Part shown: piece after piece, positions 1-5,591 of the stretch | How the letters are laid out: each line of letters opens with the position of its first letter | Position numbering within the stretch: position 1 is the stretch's first letter | IMG/VR virus record: IMGVR_UViG_3300045988_167490 | Location: 1-12,434 of that record | Length of the DNA stretch: 12,434 nucleotides | Strand: one strand, 5' to 3' | DNA from: a virus | Notes under the pieces: model-generated | Databases searched by the model: none | The model's input: the letters and a program-made list of their open reading frames with translations, nothing else | What the model was told of the DNA's origin: nothing | Made by a program: the position numbers and the translations under genes

Positions 1-10
1 CTTCCGATCT
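1..10. other. Illumina adapter remnant (CTTCCGATCT); not biological sequence
   Basis: CTTCCGATCT is the 3' end of the TruSeq adapter (..GCTCTTCCGATCT). Its exact reverse complement sits at the other end of the window. Confidence 0.85.
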
Positions 11-26
11 TGTTAAACTTTTAACA
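11..26. promoter_or_regulatory. Terminal 16-nt palindrome TGTTAAA-CT-TTTAACA; candidate minimal origin for protein-primed replication
   Basis: It is the first 16 nt after the adapter, with 7-bp arms that are exact reverse complements. Through the ITR it is present at both termini. The origin role is inferred from its position only. Confidence 0.4.
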
Positions 27-50
27 AACTTTGCCGCTCCCCGCTTTAGT

Positions 51-90
51 GTGCTAAAGTGCTAAAGTGCTAAAGTGCTAAAGCGTTAAA
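51..90. repeat. 8-bp tandem repeat GTGCTAAA x4 plus a degenerate fifth unit GCGTTAAA, inside the ITR
   Basis: Perfect units at 51-58, 59-66, 67-74 and 75-82; degenerate unit at 83-90. An inverted partial copy CGCTTTAG (42-49) pairs with CTAAAGCG (79-86). Confidence 0.9.
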
Positions 91-118
91 GCATATTAAA
101 AAGGTAGGTTTAATATGC
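91..118. repeat. ITR-internal hairpin/cruciform element (10-bp arms, 8-nt loop)
   Basis: GCATATTAAA (91-100), loop AAGGTAGG (101-108), TTTAATATGC (109-118). A90/T119 would add an 11th pair. Confidence 0.85.
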
Positions 119-126
119 TAATATAT

Positions 127-142
127 TGTTAAATTTTTAACA
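127..142. repeat. Internal near-copy of the terminal palindrome (TGTTAAA-TT-TTTAACA)
   Basis: It differs from the terminal 16-mer at 11-26 only in the central dinucleotide (CT vs TT). It lies 5 nt inside the left ITR boundary. I saw no equivalent at the right end. Confidence 0.8.
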
Positions 143-185
143 TCCATTCCTGATCCATTCCTGATCCATTCCTGATCCATTTCTG
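142..185. repeat. 11-bp tandem repeat ATCCATTCCTG, 3 perfect copies plus 1 with one mismatch; left end only
   Basis: Units at 142-152, 153-163 and 164-174 are perfect. Unit 175-185 is ATCCATTTCTG. A decayed fifth unit lies at 186-196. Confidence 0.9.
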
Positions 186-210
186 TTTCATTTGGTTACA
201 AAATTGTAAC

Positions 211-238
211 TTGATTTTTAAAAATTCTATGATATAAT
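211..238 (+). promoter_or_regulatory. Sigma-A-type early promoter with extended -10
   Basis: TTGATT (211-216), 16-nt spacer, TG (230-231), then TATAAT (233-238). It sits about 55 nt upstream of the first SD-led ORF. An inverted repeat GTTACA-AAAT-TGTAAC (195-210) abuts the -35 and could be an operator. Confidence 0.65.
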
Positions 239-291
239 ATATACAAGAAATAAAGATAAGAGCACTTACAGTGCGGAAAGAGGTGAAAATT

Positions 292-429
292 ATGTTAGAA
301 TTTAAAACGGCTATTGTCAATGAACTAGGTGAAATCATTCAGTGGTGTGAAGATTTAACAGAGAATGAAATTGAAGAAATACTAATAAATCGCCCTGAAT
401 GGCGAACAAAGTGTATAGAATTAAATTAA
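292..429 (+). CDS. Small acidic hypothetical protein (45 aa), first early gene
   Basis: It is not in the supplied track because it is too short. ATG 292 is preceded by GAGGTG (280-285) with a 6-nt spacer. Translation: MLEFKTAIVNELGEIIQWCEDLTENEIEEILINRPEWRTKCIELN, stop TAA 427-429. It lies directly downstream of the promoter, and its stop overlaps the SD of the next gene. Confidence 0.5.
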   Translation: MLEFKTAIVNELGEIIQWCEDLTENEIEEILINRPEWRTKCIELN

Positions 430-443
430 GGAGATTTTTTATT

Positions 444-680
444 ATGACAACAAAACAATTAAAAAAATATGCTGATGAACAACTCAAAAATTACAATGAT
501 GTTTTCTTTTTTGTTAACACAAAAAGAATTATAAAACCATATGCACCGAACGGCGAAAAATATGGTATAGCTTATACAAATACAAATAAGCTACTTCGTT
601 ATGCAAGTAATATTGAAGATGCAAAAGAAATGATTAACTGTTTTGTAAGAGAAGAGCAGGAAATGGAAATGAGTCATTAA
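444..680 (+). CDS. Hypothetical early protein (78 aa)
   Basis: The track ORF is 399-680. ATG 444 has AAGGAG (428-433) 10 nt upstream, whereas ATG 399 has no SD and overlaps the preceding small ORF. I recognise no family. Confidence 0.6.
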   Translation: MTTKQLKKYADEQLKNYNDVFFFVNTKRIIKPYAPNGEKYGIAYTNTNKLLRYASNIEDAKEMINCFVREEQEMEMSH

Positions 681-697
681 AGTATAGTTGTTAATGT

Positions 698-762
698 AAC
701 ACGATTTTGTTTAATGTTTTACGTGAAACACGATTTTGTTTAATGTTTCACGTGAAACATTA
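698..762. repeat. 29-bp tandem repeat (2.2 copies) ending in a 22-bp perfect palindrome TAATGTTTCACGTGAAACATTA
   Basis: Unit AACACGATTTTGTTTAATGTTTYACGTGA occurs at 698-726 and 727-755 with one T/C difference, plus a partial third unit. The perfect palindrome is at 741-762. A third copy lies inverted at 5592-5622. Confidence 0.9.
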
Positions 763-766
763 TTTT
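741..766 (+). terminator. Possible weak intrinsic terminator/attenuator formed by the palindrome
   Basis: A 9-bp AT-rich stem (TAATGTTTC/GAAACATTA) with a 4-nt loop is followed by TTTT (763-766), immediately before the SD GGAGG (767-771) of the next gene. The stem is AT-rich, so its strength is doubtful. Confidence 0.3.
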
Positions 767-780
767 GGAGGTAAAATATT

Positions 781-1236
781 ATGGTAAATTATATTGGAAT
801 TAAAAAAATTAAAGCTGAACCTATGACAAGAGGTGATTATAACAAATTCAGAGGATGGAATATCCCTGAAAACGAAAATCCAAATGACAATGGATATATA
901 GTAAAATATTCTGATGGTTATATCTCATGGAGTCCAAAGTCAGTTTTTGAAGAAGCTTATGATGAAATTGGAAATAAACCTCTGATTGATACAGTTGTAT
1001 TAATGAAAAGCAATGATTATAAAGAAAGATTTATTGCAGAGTATCAGCAATTGGTAATCCGCTATAAGGGATTGAAGAAAATGCTTGATAATTGGGATAA
1101 GGGAGAATTATCTTTCGTTCCGGCTTGTTCACGCAGTACATATAATAAGCAGATTAAATCAATGTTAGACTATATTGCCGTACTCGAAGTAAGGGCGGTT
1201 ATGGAAGGTATCAATTTGCAGGGTGATAAAACTTGA
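781..1236 (+). CDS. Early protein with an N4 gp49 / Sf6 gp66-like N-terminal domain and a crAss001_48-like C-terminal domain
   Basis: SD GGAGG lies 9 nt upstream. The N-terminus KAEPMTRGDYNKFRGWNIPENE..GYIVKYSDGYISWSPKSVFEEAY matches my memory of the N4 Gp49/Sf6 gene 66 family signature. The C-terminus (KERFIAEYQQLVIRYKGLKKML..LSFVPACS..MLDYIAVLEVRA) resembles proteins annotated as crAss001_48-related. The function of both families is unknown. Confidence 0.6.
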   Translation: MVNYIGIKKIKAEPMTRGDYNKFRGWNIPENENPNDNGYIVKYSDGYISWSPKSVFEEAYDEIGNKPLIDTVVLMKSNDYKERFIAEYQQLVIRYKGLKKMLDNWDKGELSFVPACSRSTYNKQIKSMLDYIAVLEVRAVMEGINLQGDKT

Positions 1237-1544
1237 TTACTAATCATTCAGTGAAAATATACTTGAGTGAAGAAAACACTAACAAAATTGAATATATGCA
1301 ATATTTGAAACAAAAGGCAGGTGCTAATAGTTACAAATATCGCAGAACTTTTGACGATATTGTAAATAATGTAATATCTGAAAATCTGACAGAGCGACAG
1401 CGACAAATTATTGAATTACATATGCAAGGATTGAAAAATAAAGATATTGCACAAAAGTTAAACTTATCTCAATGTACAGTTAGTAGACATTTGCAAAAAG
1501 GAAAGGAAAGAATATATGCAGTAGTCAAATATTTTTATCGGTGA
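1233..1544 (+). CDS. Sigma-70 region-4-like HTH protein (103 aa); putative transcription regulator
   Basis: TTG start with GGGTGA (1221-1226) 6 nt upstream, overlapping the previous stop (cTTGA). LTERQRQIIELHMQGLKNKDIAQKLNLSQCTVSRHLQKGKERI is a typical sigma-70 r4 / LuxR-type HTH. I saw no region 2. Confidence 0.7.
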   Translation: MITNHSVKIYLSEENTNKIEYMQYLKQKAGANSYKYRRTFDDIVNNVISENLTERQRQIIELHMQGLKNKDIAQKLNLSQCTVSRHLQKGKERIYAVVKYFYR

Positions 1545-1548
1545 TAAT

Positions 1549-1833
1549 ATGTATAATTGTAAATCAACTTGTAAAGGCAAAACTAATCAATTAAAAATCA
1601 ATTTGTATTTGTCGCTTTTTGAAAATGAATATGCGAAAAAGTATTTGCAATGGGCAAATGAATATTCAACAGACATATTACAAATAGAAAAAACTGTTGA
1701 TAATTTGAACGAAACAAAACGCAACAGATATGTACCAAAATTACACGAATATCGCAGAATTTTAAATGACTTAGTAGAAATACAAGAATTTTTAATAATC
1801 AGAGCATTACAGATTGAAACAAAATCAACTTAA
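1549..1833 (+). CDS. Hypothetical protein (94 aa), predicted helical
   Basis: ATG lies 4 nt after the previous stop, with a weak SD GGTGA. I recognise no family. Confidence 0.55.
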   Translation: MYNCKSTCKGKTNQLKINLYLSLFENEYAKKYLQWANEYSTDILQIEKTVDNLNETKRNRYVPKLHEYRRILNDLVEIQEFLIIRALQIETKST

Positions 1834-1892
1834 TTGCAATTAGTTTATATAAATTTGTTTGGTAGTTGCAAATTAAAATAAAACTACTGCCA

Positions 1893-1911
1893 TAGAATTT
1901 TAAAAATTCTA
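1893..1911. promoter_or_regulatory. 19-bp palindrome TAGAATTTT-A-AAAATTCTA in the long intergenic region
   Basis: It has 9-bp perfect arms around a single central A. It shares the 14-mer TTTTAAAAATTCTA with the spacer of the early promoter (216-229). Confidence 0.5.
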
Positions 1912-2002
1912 ATTGTTCAAACGGATTTGTTAGCTACTCAAATTCAAAAAAGTAGTCCGAACACACAATTCAAAATTTTCAAAAAAGAAAGGAAACAAAA
2001 CT

Positions 2003-2377
2003 ATGGCAAAGACATTTACATCAACACACGAACTCACTGCAGTTGAAAAAATCAAATTGAAGAACATTGACGCTTTTTCAATCGCAGAACTCACAAAGAA
2101 CAGCGAAAGCGGATTTTGTATCGGTAATGTGAAGTCAATCACTATTATTTCAGATACAGAAAACGCAGAGATTTCAGAAATTGCAATTTTTGAAACAGAG
2201 AACGCAGACGGCGAAACGGAGTTTTATCTGGCAAGCTCTAAAGTAGTTATTGATACTATTTCAGACATTATCGCAGATGTAGCAGATGACGAAAGCGTGT
2301 TACAGGAATTTGTTTTCTGTTTTTCTTATGGTGTAAGCAAGAACGGCAACAGATATTTAGCAGTTAAAGTAAAATAA
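2003..2377 (+). CDS. Putative single-stranded DNA-binding protein (phi29 gp5-like), 124 aa
   Basis: It is the same length as phi29 p5. The C-terminal half ADGETEFYLASSKVVIDTISDIIADV...EFVFCFSYGVSKNGNRYLAVKV lines up with my recollection of p5 (ADGSLYSAISKTVAEAASDLIDLV...TFKVKVVQGTSSKGNVFFSLQL). SD AAAGGA lies 9 nt upstream. The alignment is from memory, not computed. Confidence 0.5.
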   Translation: MAKTFTSTHELTAVEKIKLKNIDAFSIAELTKNSESGFCIGNVKSITIISDTENAEISEIAIFETENADGETEFYLASSKVVIDTISDIIADVADDESVLQEFVFCFSYGVSKNGNRYLAVKVK

Positions 2378-2781
2378 TGAGAGAGTTTATTTTACATATG
2401 CAAGTTGTTTTATCTGTAATCGGAGCGTTTTTTGGTTGGTTCTTCGGCGGCGCTGACGGATTTCTATATGCGTTAATTGCATTTGTAATTATCGATTATG
2501 CAACAGGTGTTATAAATGCGATAATTTCTAAAGCGTTGTCAAGTGAAATTGGTTTTAAAGGAATTTGCAAAAAAGTAATGATTTTCATTTTAGTAGGTGT
2601 TGCACATTTAATTGATTTATTTATTTTGCAAGAAGGAACAGCTATTAGAACAGCAGTAATTTTCTTTTATCTTGCAAACGAGGGAATATCTATTCTTGAA
2701 AATTCAGCAAAAATTGGATTACCTATTCCGAAAAAATTAAAACAAATTCTCGCACAAATTAATAAAAGGAGTGGAGAATGA
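2377..2781 (+). CDS. Holin (phage_holin_4_1-type, as in Clostridia/Bacilli phages)
   Basis: The start is coupled to the previous stop (TAATG). There are four hydrophobic segments (VVLSVIGAFFGWFFGG; FLYALIAFVIIDYATGVINAI; VMIFILVGVAHLIDLFI; AVIFFYLANEGISIL). The conserved IDYxTG...KGxxKK...YxxNExxSIxEN..GxPxP pattern is characteristic of this holin family. Confidence 0.85.
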   Translation: MREFILHMQVVLSVIGAFFGWFFGGADGFLYALIAFVIIDYATGVINAIISKALSSEIGFKGICKKVMIFILVGVAHLIDLFILQEGTAIRTAVIFFYLANEGISILENSAKIGLPIPKKLKQILAQINKRSGE

Positions 2782-2782
2782 T

Positions 2783-3697
2783 ATGTCAAAAATTACAAAT
2801 AATGTCAGTCGAGGTTTGACCTCGACTGACGGATTTATTCATTACTTTAATATGCTGTATGATAAAGTATCAAATATGTTTGTATGGGAAAATTTACCAA
2901 AAAGCATTGATGTTAACTACTTAAACAGATGTTTATTTTTAAAAGGTCATTGTGCTTTTTTTAAATTAAACGGTAATTTTTATGTTGCAAACGGAGGCTT
3001 TGCAGGTGAGCCGAACGAGTATTATATGCCGTCGCAGTATATTATAGCTAACCCCGCATTGGGCAGTCATACATTTACAATTAACAAAGATTGTGTTATT
3101 TTGTATAATTCAGCTAAAGACATACAGTATAATGATTTTCCGATTTTGTCAGCTGCACGAGGCGGTTTATATTCTTTGATTTATCGAACAGCTATTTTAT
3201 TATCTGATAATGAATGTTCAATAAATGTAGCTCAAAAAAATTCGAGATTTTTTGCGTTTGCGTCAGCGGATACGGAAAACGCTTATAAAAGCGTATCAGA
3301 AGTATTTAAGAAAATTTACAACGGCGAGGAATTTGCAATAGCAAAGAGCGACATTGCAAGCACTATTTCTATATCACCGCTCGCAACAGGTGGCGGCTCT
3401 GTTAGTCCCACACTGCAAACATTAATTGATATTCAGCAATATTTTTTGGCACAATTTTATCACGCAATCGGCGTAAATTCTAATTTCAATATGAAAAAAG
3501 AAAGGCTCGTTAGTGACGAAATTGCTGTTAATGATACAGCGACAGAAGTTAATATCAATTCAATGTTAGAAATGAGGGAAAACAATGTTCAATCACTTAA
3601 TAATCTTTTCAATCTTAATTGTGACGTTGTTTTGTCTGATTTATGGAAACAAAAAACAATAGAAAAATCAGAAGAAAAAGAAGAAACGGAGGAATAA
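2783..3697 (+). CDS. Head-tail connector / portal (phi29 gp10 upper-collar-like)
   Basis: About 304 aa, against 309 aa for gp10. FIHYFNMLYDKVSNMFVWENLPKSIDVNYL matches gp10 [30 protein letters not shown], and NMKKERLVSDEIAVNDTATE matches [21 protein letters not shown]. ATG 2783 has GGAG 6 nt upstream. The track's GTG 2771 overlaps the holin gene. Confidence 0.9.
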   Translation: MSKITNNVSRGLTSTDGFIHYFNMLYDKVSNMFVWENLPKSIDVNYLNRCLFLKGHCAFFKLNGNFYVANGGFAGEPNEYYMPSQYIIANPALGSHTFTINKDCVILYNSAKDIQYNDFPILSAARGGLYSLIYRTAILLSDNECSINVAQKNSRFFAFASADTENAYKSVSEVFKKIYNGEEFAIAKSDIASTISISPLATGGGSVSPTLQTLIDIQQYFLAQFYHAIGVNSNFNMKKERLVSDEIAVNDTATEVNINSMLEMRENNVQSLNNLFNLNCDVVLSDLWKQKTIEKSEEKEETEE

Positions 3698-3700
3698 GCT

Positions 3701-4423
3701 TTGAGTTTATTATGCGGATATGATGAAGTTGAACTTGAAACACTTGAAGAGTTTGCAGAAAAAAACAAAGCTAATTTTGCTAATTTCTTTGATTATGCTA
3801 CAGATATAGCAACTCCGTTTGGTTTTTCAGTAACGGATTTATCAGATATGTTTTTAGAACTATACAAGTACAGATATATGATTATTGATTGCAATAAAAT
3901 TGCTGATTATAATACATATTACAAAAGAGCAAAAGTTGTATATAATCTTAACAAAAACAAATATATCAAACTTGTTGCTACTGAAACAGTTGAGTATAAT
4001 CCAATTGAGAATTACTCAATGATTGAAACCGGAAACGAAACAAGAACGCCAAACTTGACAAGGTCATCAGAGGGAACAGCAAGTGAAAGCGGCACTAATA
4101 GTGCTAATAACACAACAAGCAATACATCAACAGACAGCAATACAAGTTTTGATAGTACAGCTTTTGTTAATAATTCTAAAAATGAATTAACAGGCAATTC
4201 AAACACAACAGGCGAAAATACAGCTAAAAGCAACTCGACAGTTACTAGCAAGGAAACGGGAACAGAACAAACAACGAACGAACTGACACGAAAGGGCAAT
4301 ATAGGTGTTACAACAACACAACAAATGCTTGAGCAAGAAAGAGCGATTGCGGACTTTTCAACAATTAAAATATTTTTTGAAGATGTCGCAAAATTGCTTT
4401 TCTTTGATATTCTAAATTTATAA
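3701..4423 (+). CDS. Lower collar / tail tube adaptor (phi29 gp11-like)
   Basis: It lies immediately after the connector, as in phi29. TTG start with GGAGG 8 nt upstream. It has EYNPIENY and RKGNIGVTTTQQMLEQE motifs flanking a long Ser/Thr/Asn-rich stretch, which is the pattern I recall for gp11-type lower collar proteins. Confidence 0.6.
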   Translation: MSLLCGYDEVELETLEEFAEKNKANFANFFDYATDIATPFGFSVTDLSDMFLELYKYRYMIIDCNKIADYNTYYKRAKVVYNLNKNKYIKLVATETVEYNPIENYSMIETGNETRTPNLTRSSEGTASESGTNSANNTTSNTSTDSNTSFDSTAFVNNSKNELTGNSNTTGENTAKSNSTVTSKETGTEQTTNELTRKGNIGVTTTQQMLEQERAIADFSTIKIFFEDVAKLLFFDILNL

Positions 4424-4442
4424 CAGAAAGGAAATGAAAAAA

Positions 4443-5588
4443 ATGAAAGTTAAACAAATTGCGGAGATTTTAAACACAATTAATGCCGAAATTATTGGTG
4501 AGAGCGCAGTAGTTGCGGAGGATTTATCTAACATCGTTGATGTCGGTAAGGAAGTTATCGGTGCGGTTGACATTGAGAACTACACAAGGTCATTAATTGA
4601 CCGCGTCGGAAGAGTTGTGTTCTGGGATAGAACATACAATTCAACAGCACCGAATATTCTTAAAGACTCTTGGGAATTCGACTCCATTATGGAAAAAATC
4701 CGTTGTGAACTTCCCGATGTAGAGGAAAACCCGTCGTGGAAATTGACTAAAGGTCAGAGTTACGACCCATTTATTTTTAACCCACCAGCGGTAAAAGCAA
4801 AATTTTTCAACAGCAAGACAACATTTGAAATACCGATATCGTTTGTTGAAGAGCAGATAAAATCAGCTTTTACATCAGCAAGCGAAATGTCAAGATTTTT
4901 TGCTATGATTGAAAATCGTGTTATTATGAAAATGACGCTTTGCACTGATAGTATGATAATGCGCACTATTAACAACTTGATTGCTGAAAAGTTTGCGGCA
5001 AACAACAATGTTATTAATTTGCTCGCTGGCTACAATACAAAAATGGGAACTACATTGACAGCGGCTAAAGCATTAAGCGACAAAGAATTTTTACGCTATG
5101 CTTGCAAACAAATTAATCTTTACAGCGATTATTTGACAAGAGCGTCAATGCTCTTTAATGACAAAGGTTATGTCACATTTACACCAAAAGAAAACCAGAA
5201 AATCGTTATGCTTTCGGAGTTTGACAAGTCAGCAGAAGTTTATCTGTACTCTGATACATTCCATAACAGTTTTGTAAAACTTGACGGCTATACAACTGTT
5301 CCATATTGGCAGGGTTCAGGTACAGATGATAACTTCGATTTTGACGAAATCAGTAAAATTTCTGTAAAAACAGCAAGCGGAACTGACATTGAAAAAACAG
5401 GTATTATCGGTGTAATCTTTGACGAAAACGCTTGCGCTGTTTGTAACGAAAATCCTCGCACAACAAGTCAGTACAATGCTAAAGGCGAGTTTATCAACTA
5501 TTTTCATAAATGGGATTGCTCATATATCAATGATACAAACGAAAATTGCATTGTTTTTGTTGTCGAAGATACAACAGGCAAACCGTAA
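4443..5588 (+). CDS. Major capsid protein (phi29 gp8-like HK97 fold, without a C-terminal Ig-like domain)
   Basis: YTRSLIDRVGRVVF matches gp8 FITSLVDRIGLVVI, and GIIGVIFDENACAVCNENPRTTSQYNAKGEFINYFHKW matches [39 protein letters not shown]. It is followed by a hairpin terminator. The start is ambiguous: ATG 4443 is 10 nt from AAAGGA, while the track's ATG 4434 is only 1 nt from it. Confidence 0.82.
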   Translation: MKVKQIAEILNTINAEIIGESAVVAEDLSNIVDVGKEVIGAVDIENYTRSLIDRVGRVVFWDRTYNSTAPNILKDSWEFDSIMEKIRCELPDVEENPSWKLTKGQSYDPFIFNPPAVKAKFFNSKTTFEIPISFVEEQIKSAFTSASEMSRFFAMIENRVIMKMTLCTDSMIMRTINNLIAEKFAANNNVINLLAGYNTKMGTTLTAAKALSDKEFLRYACKQINLYSDYLTRASMLFNDKGYVTFTPKENQKIVMLSEFDKSAEVYLYSDTFHNSFVKLDGYTTVPYWQGSGTDDNFDFDEISKISVKTASGTDIEKTGIIGVIFDENACAVCNENPRTTSQYNAKGEFINYFHKWDCSYINDTNENCIVFVVEDTTGKP

Positions 5589-5591
5589 TCA

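Larger units (their letters stand above)
11..121. repeat. Left inverted terminal repeat (ITR), 111 nt after adapter trimming
   Basis: I reverse-complemented 12314-12424 by hand and it matches 11-121 with no mismatch. Identity ends at 122/12313. Substructure: terminal palindrome 11-26, GC block 33-44, GTGCTAAA x4(+1) at 51-90, hairpin 91-118. Confidence 0.93.

Noticed and set aside
51-196. CRISPR array, considered because of the tandem repeats
   Set aside because: The units are only 8 and 11 bp and are directly abutting with no spacers. There are no cas genes, and the 8-mer array is part of the ITR.
129-338. 69-aa ORF on the minus strand across the left non-coding region
   Set aside because: It runs through the 11-bp repeat array and the early promoter and has no SD. 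Its reading frame is created by the repeats themselves (the repeated DQE/GMD-type peptide). It also overlaps the SD-led + strand ORF at 292.
715-788. Mini-ORFs MFYVKHDFV (715-744) and MFHVKHYFGGKILW (744-788) inside the 29-bp repeats, considered as possible leader peptides
   Set aside because: Neither has an SD, and the ATGs are part of the repeat/palindrome sequence. The same MFHVKH also appears at 5593 only because the element is palindromic.
4050-4290. Ser/Thr/Asn-rich low-complexity tract in the collar gene, considered as a hypervariable or repeat region
   Set aside because: There is no true nucleotide repeat. The composition matches the long extended tube-forming segment I associate with gp11-type lower collar proteins, and it is flanked by conserved motifs on both sides.
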